Shown in pieces: positions 1 through 10,615 of a stretch of 51,026 nt of DNA. The notes beneath the pieces were generated by a model. The model was not told the DNA's origin. It ran no database searches and saw nothing but the letters and a program-made list of their open reading frames with translations. Position 1 is the stretch's first letter; every line of letters begins with the position of its first letter. The DNA is from a virus (taxonomy: Duplodnaviria > Caudoviricetes). A program made the position numbers and the translations under genes. The stretch lies in the IMG/VR virus record IMGVR_UViG_3300009095_000019, positions 1-51,026 of that record. The stretch is one strand, 5' to 3'.

Positions 1-339
1 AGGCGTAGCAAATGCGACACCTTCACCCATCCCCGGATCGACTTCAACAACGTTGCCTGCTGCGTCTACAGCGGTAGTTTCTCCGCGAACATCGGAAACA
101 GGTAATCCGGCAGCGGTTGCTCCCCCCGTTCCCGCACTCGCACGCACTACTTGTTTTCCATCAAAACCTTCAACGGCGACGTTCTGCAACGCAGGCCGAT
201 TCAGCGGCTTTCCTGTAGTTGCGCTTTGAACCTGTTTCGAATTTGCGCTTTTCTTGTTTGTCAGAATGGCAATGCCGATGGAAATTTTCGACAGATTACC
301 ATCCAGACTGGCTAGAGTAAATTCATTGCAATCTGACAT
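1..339 (-). CDS. Hypothetical protein, probably virion/baseplate module; truncated at the window edge and absent from the ORF track
   Basis: Manual translation from ATG at 339 gives MSDCNEFTLASLDGNLSKISIGIAILTNKKSANSK...GEGVAFATP, open to base 1. It overlaps the end of the 323..652 ORF, as in a coupled operon. Confidence 0.75.
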   Translation of the reverse strand, partial: MSDCNEFTLASLDGNLSKISIGIAILTNKKSANSKQVQSATTGKPLNRPALQNVAVEGFDGKQVVRASAGTGGATAAGLPVSDVRGETTAVDAAGNVVEVDPGMGEGVAFATP

Positions 340-652
340 AGCGGTCTGCGATCCTATAAACTTCCCTGTGAGTGCGCGCATCCTTTATGGAGCGACGCAC
401 CGCAAGAGAATTGGAATTACGCTCCAGCACCAGCATCCAGTGACGTTCCTTGTCATCGGCGCTACACACGTAACCAGCACGTGTGACAAAGCCATCCTGA
501 AGCAGCGCATGTTCTTCGTCGTAAACCGGAATACCGCCAAATAAAACGTAGTTGCGCGTGCAGCCTGTGAGAAAATGACCGGCCTGCATTTTGTACGTTT
601 CAAGCGGCAGAGTTTCGTCGAGTTCAAGCGTTGCTACAGGATTCTGGCTCAT
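323..652 (-). CDS. Hypothetical protein (109 aa) in the baseplate operon
   Basis: ATGA overlap with the stop of the upstream 772-aa gene; same strand as the operon. Confidence 0.75.
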   Translation of the reverse strand: MSQNPVATLELDETLPLETYKMQAGHFLTGCTRNYVLFGGIPVYDEEHALLQDGFVTRAGYVCSADDKERHWMLVLERNSNSLAVRRSIKDARTHREVYRIADRYVRLQ

Positions 653-2934
653 AGCGGAATCTCAAGGATGCTCAAGTTGATGGTAACGTTCGTATCAAAT
701 TGGGACGTGTTCGCGTTGTTGATACGCATCTTCGCCACAATATCTACGTACTTGGAGCTGTGGTTGTCAGGGTCTAATTCGTAAACCTGAGTCATGGAAG
801 CATTCGAATAAGCAACATCGCTGTTGGACCCACCAATCGCAGAGAATCCAGCCTCGCCCGTGCCACGAATACGCCGTCCGAAATCAGGTTCTTTAGACTG
901 CGTACTTCGAATGCCGATAACGAATTCCATGTTTTCGCTACCGTCTTCAGTTTTAAACCCCGGACCCATGCGCGACGAAATGTCAGCAGTTACAAGGAAA
1001 ATCGCGCGCTGCGTCAGCTCGATGCGTTGCGTGATTACCATGTTTGACGTTTTGGTATCCGTCTTCGACTGACTGTACTTCTTAAACCCTGTCGCACCTG
1101 TGTTATCAATGTCGCGTGCGATGGTCAGTTCGGGCCACGCACCCGAAATGCTAATCCCACGTCCCGCAATCAAACTCGGGGCAGGTATAGGCAGCTTGAT
1201 AGGTTCCGCGCCATGGCGTGTAAGAACGATATTCTTGTAATCAACGAAACCGTCAACCACTACGCCTTTCAGGTTGGTGTTCTCCGAACCCTCGGCGCGT
1301 ACGTTTTCAACAATAAAGGCTTCGACTTCAATGTCATCAGCCAGAGACTCTGAGAAAATGACGTAGTTTTCATAAATCGAATAGTTTTCTTGATGCACGT
1401 GAGCACCGGACTCGGAAATGAAAACCTGCTCTTTGGATTGTGGCGTAACAGGTAGCTCAAGGAATAGTGTAGCGCCCTTGGTCCGGTAAGTCCGCGTAAC
1501 GATGCGCGTGCTGTAGCCAGTATCTTGCTCGTAAGAGAAAGCACAAATTTCAATAGGCAATCCAGCATCAGGGATCGCTGCGAACTTGATCTTGCCAGTA
1601 TTTTGATCGTACTGATAAGAAGTCACGGGCTGCAACAATGGAGCAAAAACAAAAAGGTGTGCAGCACTGTCAACGCGGGCACCTGCGTCAAATTCGAGGG
1701 CCTGTCCATCAGCCACGTGTGAAGTGCGCGTTACAACTATACGCGTGCCCGTGCTGGGGGAGCGCGTGAACATTCGCAAATCAATCGGAACGCCCGGATC
1801 GATAATGTCAGCGAACTCAACTTCGGAGGCAGCTACAGAAAACGCCGATCTGTGCTGAGTTGCCGTGCCTAGGGCGGCGTAAATGTAATTGCCGTTTTCT
1901 ACGACAAGGCTACCGATGTTGTAGCGCGAGTCCATACCAGAACCAACGTATTGAATGTTGGTAATATCCAGTTTAGACGGAGGCGAATACAGCGTGTTGA
2001 CGACACGTGCTGCGGCTTTCGGCGGACTCCATACAGGACCACCGGCACCGCCTGAAGTAAGCACCCAATCTTTCGGTACGTTTTCGTTGCTTGGAATCCC
2101 ACCACCGGCGTAACCGCCCGACGCTTGTTTCCAGACAACAATAGTGCAAGATGCAAGATTGGGAATATTGGTTGTTTCTGCCGTTTTAAACGAATTACTG
2201 GCAGCCTGATACCGGAATCGGTGTGTAATGCCCTGCCCTGCTCCGTCAACACAGTGAACAATTACCTGTTCGCCGTCGACAAAAAGCTCATTCGTATCGA
2301 TAGTGAACGTGGTATTGGTTGCGCTGCGTGGTTGACCTTCGTAAACGCTGCTATGGTTTTGGAATGCCCAACGCATTGCGCCGGCACCATAACGCACAGC
2401 AAGAATCGGAGAATTCGTACCGTCTGGATTTCGCTGGCCGTTACCTACCGAAACAACGTTAAAGTTGCTCTGCGCCGGAGAAGGTAGACGATAAACAAAC
2501 GGGGTCATAGGAATCGAGTCGTGATCCCCGAAAGTTACGTTGATAATTGACAGATCGGCACGTGAAGTGGCAAGGATTGCAGAAAAACGCAGAGGTTCGT
2601 TCGGCTCCAGCTCGTATGGAATTTCAAATACGCAGCGGGCCAAAGCTTTCTGGTTCTCCAGAAAGATAACAATCTCTTTCGCTTCGGTTTTCTGCGGCAA
2701 CGTGCGCGTATCAACGTCGAAAACAAAGCGTGCCACACGCGGCGAAATAACTTCTACGTAATTGAAGGTTCCGCCACAAACAAAATTGCCCACGATATCG
2801 GTGTGGGCAAGGGAATTCGGATACGCGTCACTGTCGCCCATCTTGAAGGACACGGGGGCAATTAGAATGCCCCCGGCCTCAGCCTGCAACAGCGACTGCT
2901 CACCCACGTCTAGGAGTTGCAGTTTATCAGCCAT
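649..2934 (-). CDS. Baseplate wedge / tail-fibre attachment structural protein
   Basis: Long beta-rich ORF with repeated modules such as VFISESGAHVHQENYSIYENYVIFSESL, next to baseplate genes. ATG 2934 (MADKLQ) is preferred over the track start 2967 because it lies just after the upstream stop. Confidence 0.6.
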   Translation of the reverse strand: MADKLQLLDVGEQSLLQAEAGGILIAPVSFKMGDSDAYPNSLAHTDIVGNFVCGGTFNYVEVISPRVARFVFDVDTRTLPQKTEAKEIVIFLENQKALARCVFEIPYELEPNEPLRFSAILATSRADLSIINVTFGDHDSIPMTPFVYRLPSPAQSNFNVVSVGNGQRNPDGTNSPILAVRYGAGAMRWAFQNHSSVYEGQPRSATNTTFTIDTNELFVDGEQVIVHCVDGAGQGITHRFRYQAASNSFKTAETTNIPNLASCTIVVWKQASGGYAGGGIPSNENVPKDWVLTSGGAGGPVWSPPKAAARVVNTLYSPPSKLDITNIQYVGSGMDSRYNIGSLVVENGNYIYAALGTATQHRSAFSVAASEVEFADIIDPGVPIDLRMFTRSPSTGTRIVVTRTSHVADGQALEFDAGARVDSAAHLFVFAPLLQPVTSYQYDQNTGKIKFAAIPDAGLPIEICAFSYEQDTGYSTRIVTRTYRTKGATLFLELPVTPQSKEQVFISESGAHVHQENYSIYENYVIFSESLADDIEVEAFIVENVRAEGSENTNLKGVVVDGFVDYKNIVLTRHGAEPIKLPIPAPSLIAGRGISISGAWPELTIARDIDNTGATGFKKYSQSKTDTKTSNMVITQRIELTQRAIFLVTADISSRMGPGFKTEDGSENMEFVIGIRSTQSKEPDFGRRIRGTGEAGFSAIGGSNSDVAYSNASMTQVYELDPDNHSSKYVDIVAKMRINNANTSQFDTNVTINLSILEIPL

Positions 2935-2939
2935 TTTTC

Positions 2940-3158
2940 TTACTCTTTCGGGTGGGAGACGCGGCACGGTACGCAGTAGAAAACAGAAGTGTCATCCGCC
3001 AAACGAGCGCTACCCATGTTAACGCCGCATTTTGGGCAGCAATCGACCACGTTATTAGTCAGAGCGGAAGCAGTAGCAACATGGCTTTCCGTCCCGGCTG
3101 CCGCTGAAGCGACTGCTACATCAGACTCGGTTTTGAAAGGGTTAAAAATCTGGCGCAC
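2940..3158 (-). CDS. Small zinc-ribbon protein (CPKC...CVPC)
   Basis: Two CxxC pairs. Probable GTG start at 3158 directly after the upstream TAA, with an AAGGTG RBS-like sequence (track start 3251). Confidence 0.65.
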   Translation of the reverse strand: MRQIFNPFKTESDVAVASAAAGTESHVATASALTNNVVDCCPKCGVNMGSARLADDTSVFYCVPCRVSHPKE

Positions 3159-3159
3159 G

Positions 3160-5292
3160 TTATTCACCTTGTGTTTCTGGTTGTTTGTATATGAAGATAT
3201 CTTTTTGGCGACCTTCAAATAGCTCGTTTGCCGGGATATAATCGAAGGCAAAATCAGGGTTGGTTAGCGCAGCTTGGTGCTGGCCGTAAACTCTAATATC
3301 GGGAGCGCCTTCTTTATCGAGGAATGTAACGACTCTATCAGTTACGCTAATTGCGCAAATCCAGCTTGGAGTTTCTGCGCCATCATTCACGACAACAAGC
3401 AGGTAAGTACCGTTGTCCAGATCGGCCTGAGCAAATACTTCAAAGTTTTCAGTGTACTGATAAAGCCAAAGGAGGGCACTCCCATCGACGCGCATATACG
3501 TGTCGTCAACAGCGCGGTAGAACACTAGAAGCGGGCGCTGCGTAATAACACGATTGGGCCAATCGGCATCCGTATATTCGGCAGGTTGCCTGTTTGCGGC
3601 GGAAAGGTAATCGTACCACCCGTTAGTGAATACGCCCTGTCGACGGAATTGATGCCCAATATAAGGATCGTCAATGCTGAAGATAAGCTGCTGCAAAGGT
3701 CGCTCATGTTCAACAATATAACGGCTCGCAGAAACCAACTCTACCGATTCGAATTGAATCAGGCTACCGGCATTAAAGCTTTCCAGATCAAGCTCTACTT
3801 CATAAATTATGGTTTTTAACGAAACATTTGCATTTAATTGTTCCGTTTTAGCGGGCACTGCCCACATTCCAGAGAAGGCATCAGCACTTTCCCACAAAAC
3901 CATGCTTTCGAAATACGGTACGTTAGGTTCAGCAACAACTTCCAGAGTGTTCTCTTCGTGAATACGGGAAGTGTTGCAAAACACATGCAGTCTGGTTGAG
4001 CTGTCAACGTCCTGTCCGAACGTTTCGTTCGCATACGGTGCATGATAGTCAGAAGTGACACGCATGCTGCTGTTTGTTGTAATGGTCGAGTGGCTATAGC
4101 CCACACCTGAATTTGAAACTTCAACGTCGTAGTTGACGGCTTCAGGCGTGAAAGAGAAGCCTGAAATGTTTAAATCGGGTACGTGAGCAGCCGTAACGTG
4201 CTCAACTTCGGGCACAGGTTCTACCAAGTATTCAACAGTATAACCATCACCTTCAGGTATGCCGTAAGATCGCGCTACCAAGCTTAGGCTGAATAAAGAC
4301 ATGCCTCGGCAAACGATTTCAATATTTACGGAAGATTCGTTGTCACGTGGAATCGTAAACAGCATCAGATCGCCAACGTAGCCAGTAATAGGTTCTGCTA
4401 ATTCAACATCGGCCATCGTGACGCCATCTGTTGTGTCTACGTTAAACTCAACCTCGTCAAGATCGTAGAATTCGTCTATGTTGTACCACGCACCTTCTTC
4501 ATCCTTACCTTGAAGTACAAGGTAAACGTCAGAATTTAATCCGATGGAAGCGACGTTCTGAAGTTCTACCGTGCTGCCTGTGTAGATTGGGTCAAACGTT
4601 GCAAAGGCATCTGGATTTTCGCTAACAACTTCATGCAAAACGCCGTCAATGAGGGCAGAAGCCTTTTCATCCAGTGTGACAAAGCGCACGCGCAGCTCGG
4701 GCACATGGTTTGGGTTTCGCACCTTGATATCAATGCAGCGGTATTCTGACAGCTGGCCTAGGTCTGTACGCAAGGCATAAGTAATAGAATCACGCCCGTA
4801 AAGTCCTGCCTTCGGACAATAAAGAATCTTGTCCCTGTTTTGAGAAAGTCGGCAGAACCCAATCGAAGGCTGCGTGATAATTATGGGATTTGCGACTGTC
4901 GCAATGCGCGGTCCTTCGCGCCTGTCAGTGCCGTAAGAAGTTTGCTCGTAATCATCGCTATAAAGGAGACGTTCAAAGTCTATCTCTAGCCATTCCTGAC
5001 TTTCATCCGGCAGCTCGCGGTCGCAGACGACAAAGAATTGCCCGTCCATAGGCTCATCGAAAATAATGCGCCGCCCTTTAAGCTCGTACCCTCCAAGCAG
5101 GCGCATATCGTTATGGTAAATCTCTACCCACTCCGCACAGATAGGCGTAAACGGCAGATTTATTTCACGGGTATTGTTGCTGGTTTGCGTGTGCTGATCC
5201 GCAACACGTTCGCGCCCGAAAATCCGAGCGCGTTCGTTGCGATATTTAGACAGCGGCTTAACCAGCCTCAAGTTAGGCACCAGTCTTTTCAT
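3160..5292 (-). CDS. Virion structural protein (baseplate/fibre) with an Ig/cadherin-like module
   Basis: YCPKAGLYGRDSITY resembles the Big_9/cadherin-like signature. ATG 5292 forms an ATGA overlap with the upstream stop (track start 5355). Confidence 0.55.
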   Translation of the reverse strand: MKRLVPNLRLVKPLSKYRNERARIFGRERVADQHTQTSNNTREINLPFTPICAEWVEIYHNDMRLLGGYELKGRRIIFDEPMDGQFFVVCDRELPDESQEWLEIDFERLLYSDDYEQTSYGTDRREGPRIATVANPIIITQPSIGFCRLSQNRDKILYCPKAGLYGRDSITYALRTDLGQLSEYRCIDIKVRNPNHVPELRVRFVTLDEKASALIDGVLHEVVSENPDAFATFDPIYTGSTVELQNVASIGLNSDVYLVLQGKDEEGAWYNIDEFYDLDEVEFNVDTTDGVTMADVELAEPITGYVGDLMLFTIPRDNESSVNIEIVCRGMSLFSLSLVARSYGIPEGDGYTVEYLVEPVPEVEHVTAAHVPDLNISGFSFTPEAVNYDVEVSNSGVGYSHSTITTNSSMRVTSDYHAPYANETFGQDVDSSTRLHVFCNTSRIHEENTLEVVAEPNVPYFESMVLWESADAFSGMWAVPAKTEQLNANVSLKTIIYEVELDLESFNAGSLIQFESVELVSASRYIVEHERPLQQLIFSIDDPYIGHQFRRQGVFTNGWYDYLSAANRQPAEYTDADWPNRVITQRPLLVFYRAVDDTYMRVDGSALLWLYQYTENFEVFAQADLDNGTYLLVVVNDGAETPSWICAISVTDRVVTFLDKEGAPDIRVYGQHQAALTNPDFAFDYIPANELFEGRQKDIFIYKQPETQGE

Positions 5293-8200
5293 CGGTAAAC
5301 TATCCTGACGACCTTCTGTCCCAAGTTCGACGTGTTCGTTCTGTACAAAAGCCACAGAGTTTTCACGCCGTTGATATAACGCTCAACAGTGCGCGGTCCT
5401 TCAGTGGTCCCCTGACTGCCATCTTCCGGCCAATCGGCACCGTCCCAAAGATTCAGCTCGCCGTCAGTGAAAATATCAGCCGGGCCGTAAACAGCAGGGT
5501 ACAGAATAAACCCAAACTGTTCGATGTTATCCGTAATCGTTTCATTACGTATAATACGGTTGGCGCTGACGATTTCTTCTACGGTTGCGCTTGCAGGGCC
5601 TTCGAAATAAAGTGGAGCACTACCTTCAACAGCGACGCTAAACGTAGCTTCCATACGCCCCTCGTAAACAGCGGCCACCGTAATGTTCTGAACCTTAACT
5701 GGCCCCATTACCTGAAGTGTCCCACTCTCGCTGATTCGCAAGTTTAGGGGATCGGAAAGGATAGACCACGTTACGGTTGCTGGAACGCCTAAGCCGGGAC
5801 TAGCAGTAACACCTTCTTCATACACTTCAGCAGCGTACGGTTTCAACTGGCCGATTTCGATCTTGTTATCGCCATAAATGCGCAGCTGCACAAACTGCTC
5901 AGCATTAGGAACGGCCGTAGTGGTGAACGTATTTTCAACAGTGATATTTCGGCATGTGTATGTAGCCTTGACGGTAAACGTTTTCTCTTCGTTAACTTTG
6001 ACGTTTACAAAGCCATTCTCATCGATGGTTACGTTTTCATCACCGTCTACGATTTCCCAATCCGAAGAAACAAGCAGCTCTGTCGGACATTGCTCAAATT
6101 TAATTGCCTGCGCGAACGAAGCCGTTTCGTTCGCATAGAAGAACGCAGGTCCGATGATGCGCGCCGTTTCCGGGATATCAGGGCTGGTTGGTGCCATGTA
6201 TTTGACAGTGAGCGCGTGCGTGGCCGACAGTCCGTAGTAACGAGCCGTCACAACAACCCTAGAATCTTCGTCAACGTTTCGCCCGACAATTACACCGCTA
6301 GCTTCTCCTATGTCAGCTCCAACGTAAGTGGCATTTTCATCTTCGTTAGCGACTTCCCAACGTGGGCTAATTTCAGAGCTTGTTCCGTCTTCGTAGAAAA
6401 CGATGGCAGTCATAACGCCGCGCTCAAGAGCGTTTAGCGAAGTGGGGCCTTCTACGATCATGCCTTTCAGCGGATTAGACTTGGCTTTGCACACGACGGT
6501 TTTCGTCTGCTGCAAAGTTACACCCTCATCAGAAAAAGTAGCAATAAGAGTAATGGTATCTGTTTGAGGCGCGTCAAAAATAAGCTCGCCGCCGACAAAA
6601 GTAGCCCACTCACTATCCGGGGCAAGGCTCCAATCAACAGAGGTCTGAAATTCGCGGCCGTCAGTGTACGTAACGGAAGCCGCATAACGCACCAAGTTAC
6701 CTTCCGTGACACTATCAGGGCCTGAAATAGTCAGAGACTTGGGCACAATGACAGGTTTAAACACGCGTACAATTTTTTCCTGCTGAAGCTCGCCGTACTG
6801 CGCAATAACGCGCACATCAACAGGGTCAACGACAGTACCAGCTTCTAGAAGCCCGCCATTGATTCGAAACGCGTCACTCTGCCACTTTGCAGTAACCGTA
6901 GTGCGACTGCCCCCAACGTAGTGCGCGACACAAGTGAAGTGCGCGGACGTTTCGTGCGGAATCTCGGAGTCGCCAATAATCTCAAGACGATCAAGTTCTA
7001 CCAGAGACTGGACGATCTGTGCCTTCAGCTTGGCGCTCTGTTTAACCCCTCGAAATTCGTAGGCTGCTTCGATATAAAACTCAACGTTTCCATCCACGTA
7101 TTTGGTAGATAGAATACCGGCGTCTAAGACGGCTGCCCCAGTGGTGCACGACCACAGCGCCAAAACATCACGTGAAGAACCGTCCGAAAACAAAGCAATG
7201 GCCCGATACTCATAAGTGCGATTTTCACGCAGATTGGTATCGCCGAAAATAGAAAGGCCAGTGAGCTTGACTTCGTTGTCGATGGCTTGAATATGCACAA
7301 GCTTGGATGCAGTGTATTCAACCCCGCCAATGGAGATTGTAGAAGTCAAACCGATTTCTTGATTTTCGTCAACATCAGAAACGGTTACAGTGGAACCGCC
7401 AGCAACTGCGTAAGGGGAATTAACCTTCACGTCCGCGTCCAGCATAGACGTACCACTGCTGTGCCGAATAAGAAGACTGTATTCAGCGCTCGAACCAGAC
7501 ACAATGACGTTAGGGCCAACCAGCTCCACTTTCGAAATAAACTGAGGGATGGACTTAACGAAAACGTCTTTGCGTATTTCACGGCCGGCAACTTCGGCAA
7601 CGATGGTGGTCCAGTAATCGCGATCAGAAGCTGCAAACGAAACTTCGCCGTAATCGGCAGTGACACTGTTCGCAGGGATGCCACGCCAATTATCGGTCTC
7701 TACCTGAATCCCGTCAGAAATAACACGGAATTTGTGAGTGCTGTAAGCATCCACTTCGTCAGGGCCTTGGATAACAGCCCGCGAAAAATCAGTCGAGCGG
7801 CTTTCATCTATGTAAGCGTATCGACGCGGATGCTTGTATACGGTCCCGCAAATCTTAATCGGGTCCATACTGGCTTCTATGTTCAGCACGAATTCGTTAA
7901 CCACAATGTTAATCGGGGCGAATTCATAGAAAGCTTCGAGCAGGCGCTCGCGCAGAGAAGACCCGCGTGGAATCTTCACCATAGAATCGGACGGAATCTT
8001 CTGCATTTCTAGGTTAAGGTGCGTAGTTTTGTACCACGTACCGCCATCGATGCGCAGAGGCCCGAAAGGTTTTTCGTAGAAGTCCTGATAATTCTCCGTG
8101 TAGAGGGTACGCACGGAAACCCGCCGCCCCAAAATATAACCAATGGCGCGGTATGCCGCTTCTGTACCGGCCGTTTGATACAGAAGCGGAACCATGTACA

Positions 8201-8447
8201 CAGAGTTAAATAGGCGCTCTTTGTTACCGATAAGGTCGAACGGAACCTCGATGCCGGCGTTACGCAATGCACCGACAATGAAATACTCAGGTGTGGTTTC
8301 CTTAATGTCGCGCACGTCCTGCAATTCGCCTATTGCTGGGCGCACGTTTTCATTGTAGAAATCAGCGAGGGCTTCCAGAAAGGCAGCCCACGCAGGTTCC
8401 TGTGTAATCATTTCAACATCAAGGCCGTCGAAAGAAATCGGTTTCAT
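5289..8447 (-). CDS. Baseplate wedge protein (gp7/P2-I-like N-terminus) with tandem Ig-like repeats
   Basis: Follows the baseplate J/gp6 gene. Contains many repeats of L.I.GP..V....Y.A...Y.DG....V..W. Confidence 0.7.
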   Translation of the reverse strand: MKPISFDGLDVEMITQEPAWAAFLEALADFYNENVRPAIGELQDVRDIKETTPEYFIVGALRNAGIEVPFDLIGNKERLFNSVYMVPLLYQTAGTEAAYRAIGYILGRRVSVRTLYTENYQDFYEKPFGPLRIDGGTWYKTTHLNLEMQKIPSDSMVKIPRGSSLRERLLEAFYEFAPINIVVNEFVLNIEASMDPIKICGTVYKHPRRYAYIDESRSTDFSRAVIQGPDEVDAYSTHKFRVISDGIQVETDNWRGIPANSVTADYGEVSFAASDRDYWTTIVAEVAGREIRKDVFVKSIPQFISKVELVGPNVIVSGSSAEYSLLIRHSSGTSMLDADVKVNSPYAVAGGSTVTVSDVDENQEIGLTSTISIGGVEYTASKLVHIQAIDNEVKLTGLSIFGDTNLRENRTYEYRAIALFSDGSSRDVLALWSCTTGAAVLDAGILSTKYVDGNVEFYIEAAYEFRGVKQSAKLKAQIVQSLVELDRLEIIGDSEIPHETSAHFTCVAHYVGGSRTTVTAKWQSDAFRINGGLLEAGTVVDPVDVRVIAQYGELQQEKIVRVFKPVIVPKSLTISGPDSVTEGNLVRYAASVTYTDGREFQTSVDWSLAPDSEWATFVGGELIFDAPQTDTITLIATFSDEGVTLQQTKTVVCKAKSNPLKGMIVEGPTSLNALERGVMTAIVFYEDGTSSEISPRWEVANEDENATYVGADIGEASGVIVGRNVDEDSRVVVTARYYGLSATHALTVKYMAPTSPDIPETARIIGPAFFYANETASFAQAIKFEQCPTELLVSSDWEIVDGDENVTIDENGFVNVKVNEEKTFTVKATYTCRNITVENTFTTTAVPNAEQFVQLRIYGDNKIEIGQLKPYAAEVYEEGVTASPGLGVPATVTWSILSDPLNLRISESGTLQVMGPVKVQNITVAAVYEGRMEATFSVAVEGSAPLYFEGPASATVEEIVSANRIIRNETITDNIEQFGFILYPAVYGPADIFTDGELNLWDGADWPEDGSQGTTEGPRTVERYINGVKTLWLLYRTNTSNLGQKVVRIVYR

Positions 8448-9901
8448 TACTCTTCTCGCCGTTCGGAGATATCGATATCGATTGTCGGGTTTTCCCGGAG
8501 CACGCAGTATGCGGTCGGATCGTCCAGAACAACCGAGTTTTCTTCGGGTGACAACACTTCAATGTAGTCAACGCCGTCAACGCGGCAGGCTTTCTCGATA
8601 TCAGATTTGGTTACGCGCCGTTTCAGCACTCCCGCACGCTTACGGAAAAGACGCAATATATTTTCATTGATCTGCGTACGCACTTCGTCGATACGATCAG
8701 CTGCCCATTCGTGCACTGCAATACTGACGTTTACCGATACGAACACTTTGACCGGATTCCACGTCTGGATTTCAAGCCTGTCGTGTAAGAAAGGCGTAAT
8801 GTAATCCAAGAAATTTTGCCAAGCGCCTGATTTAGGGTTTGGGTTGGCGCCGCCCCAGCTATCGGAAGCTAGTGGAAGAACGCAGATTCGCACAGTGTTC
8901 ATCCAAGTTTTATCGTCTGGAGCGATATCGCGCTGCCCCAAAACTGCGCAATCCGCCACCCCCGGATAATCGATAATTCTGCTGCGAATATCTGACGGGG
9001 AAATGGCACGTTTTTGTGCACGTGCCAACCTAGAACCAAAATGCTTGTAATGCGCTGCGGTCTTTTGTTCGGCGCCGCCAGCACTGGTTTCAACGGTTTC
9101 ACCTGAGATAGTAGGCAGTGCAGAATACGTAACTTTAGCGCCGGGCATAATGCCGTTGCTCAGCTGGCCGTTGGTTAAGACATAGCGAACACTCAAAATG
9201 GCATTCTTCGGAAGGGCGGCCCCGTATTCACCGTCGCCAAAAATGAACGAAACATCACCTGTTGCCGTGGTCGTTTCGAAGTAAACACGATCCTCGCCGC
9301 CATACTCGTACAAAGCACTATCAGCCTCGGCATACGCGTATACCGTGCCGGTCGCTTTGTCTCGAACATAAACGTAAAGGTCGGACGTTACACTGAAACC
9401 CGGCTCGCCTAGCAGAAATTCACGGTAGGCAGTTGGGATTAGATCAAGGTCGAAATCCTTCCGTTTAACCTCGCCTTGAGTGAGCGTCACCTCTACGGTA
9501 GCACCGCTGGAAATAACATACTGCTGTTTGTTGTAAGCAATAACGTTACCGATGCGATGCTCGCTGTAAGGGGCCACAACGCGAGCAGAGCCGGAATTGT
9601 TATGGAGACGTACAACTACGGCGGCGCTCGTTTTACGCGGGATTTTAATACCCTGCGAACGCACGATGGCATAGATGGAGCTGTCACGATTTGCCGTGTG
9701 GTAAAACGGCTGACGCGCAGCATTCATGATGGATTGCTGGTGCGCAACGTACGTACCGGCCACCATACGTCGAATGAAAGAGCCTACGTTTGTAGGGTGC
9801 AAATCCGCCCACGCTCCTTCTTCCAGAAGACGCTCTGAAAAGACACGTGCAGCTTCGTCGAAATCCAGCACAGTTATAGGAAAATCAATTCTCTTATTCA
9901 T
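8447..9901 (-). CDS. Baseplate wedge subunit (T4 gp6 / P2 gpJ family)
   Basis: Motifs FGDGEYG, RYVLTNG, GGAEQ, RAISPSD and PGVAD; located downstream of a gp25-like gene. Confidence 0.85.
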   Translation of the reverse strand: MNKRIDFPITVLDFDEAARVFSERLLEEGAWADLHPTNVGSFIRRMVAGTYVAHQQSIMNAARQPFYHTANRDSSIYAIVRSQGIKIPRKTSAAVVVRLHNNSGSARVVAPYSEHRIGNVIAYNKQQYVISSGATVEVTLTQGEVKRKDFDLDLIPTAYREFLLGEPGFSVTSDLYVYVRDKATGTVYAYAEADSALYEYGGEDRVYFETTTATGDVSFIFGDGEYGAALPKNAILSVRYVLTNGQLSNGIMPGAKVTYSALPTISGETVETSAGGAEQKTAAHYKHFGSRLARAQKRAISPSDIRSRIIDYPGVADCAVLGQRDIAPDDKTWMNTVRICVLPLASDSWGGANPNPKSGAWQNFLDYITPFLHDRLEIQTWNPVKVFVSVNVSIAVHEWAADRIDEVRTQINENILRLFRKRAGVLKRRVTKSDIEKACRVDGVDYIEVLSPEENSVVLDDPTAYCVLRENPTIDIDISERREE

Positions 9902-10275
9902 CAGGCGGCCATGCTAAATTCGAAAGAGATGGGATCGGATTGCAGTTCAGGGGCTCTGTAAACAATCCGCACGTAATAACAACCTTCATCAGGATCAGGT
10001 GTAACGTCTACTTCGACCAACTGAACCCGCAGTTCTTGGTTGCGTTGCAATACGCCTTCAATTTCACGTTTAATGTTCGTGCTTGTCACGCTATCGATAG
10101 GATCGAACAGGAACGTTGGAATCAGCGATCCTATGGAAGGTGCAAACCAAGCGGAGCGAATAGGCGTAAGGATGGCGAGCAAAATATTCTGGTTAATGGA
10201 GTCTTTGTTGTAGACTAATTCGTTGCCGCCGCTTGCGACATACAGATTTATGTCGCTATATTTGATCTTGTCCAT
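9901..10275 (-). CDS. Baseplate wedge subunit, gp25/GPW-like
   Basis: SINQNI...TP....FAPSIGS...FLFDP...E.RV pattern; 124 aa. Confidence 0.85.
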   Translation of the reverse strand: MDKIKYSDINLYVASGGNELVYNKDSINQNILLAILTPIRSAWFAPSIGSLIPTFLFDPIDSVTSTNIKREIEGVLQRNQELRVQLVEVDVTPDPDEGCYYVRIVYRAPELQSDPISFEFSMAA

Positions 10276-10571
10276 TATCCTGCCATCACGTTAGGGCTGC
10301 CCACGCCTGCCGTATCACCGCAAGGCATAACGTCACCGTTAGTATGAACGGGCAATCCATTGATATTCGTCTTTTTCGGCCCCGCGCTCATCGCCATAAC
10401 TGGGTGGCACGCAACTACGACGCAGCAGTGCGGCGTGTACATGTCACCTGCGCGCATTGCACCGAAACCGTTAACAAATACGTTCAAAGAGCCAAGCATC
10501 GGTATAGAAGGCGGCCAACAGCCGTGTCCGGTAGAAACGTCGATGGTTTGCCTAATGACTGGTTTACCCAC
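10275..10571 (-). CDS. PAAR-like tail spike tip protein (gp5.4-like)
   Basis: GHGCWPP, GS.NVFVNG, HC..CH, ING.P...GD...CG and GSPNV motifs; GGAGG RBS before the GTG start. Confidence 0.88.
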   Translation of the reverse strand: MGKPVIRQTIDVSTGHGCWPPSIPMLGSLNVFVNGFGAMRAGDMYTPHCCVVVACHPVMAMSAGPKKTNINGLPVHTNGDVMPCGDTAGVGSPNVMAG

Positions 10572-10584
10572 GTTGAGCCTCCTG

Positions 10585-10597
10585 AAACTGTAAAGTA
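10585..10597 (+). promoter_or_regulatory. Candidate early/middle promoter motif AAACTGTAAAGTA upstream of thyA
   Basis: The identical 13-mer occurs upstream of the DNA polymerase gene, and the core AACTGTAAAG occurs at 27689-27698. Confidence 0.6.
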
Positions 10598-10608
10598 TAC
10601 ATAGTGTT

Positions 10609-10615
10609 AAATTAC
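10609..10615 (-). promoter_or_regulatory. Candidate late promoter motif GTAATTT upstream of the baseplate operon
   Basis: The (G/C)TAATTT motif recurs about 35-60 nt upstream of five structural gene starts. Confidence 0.45.

Noticed and set aside
8447-10571. T6SS, eCIS or tailocin interpretation of the PAAR/gp25/J/sheath genes
   Set aside because: The surrounding replication and head genes and the absence of membrane-complex genes indicate a phage.
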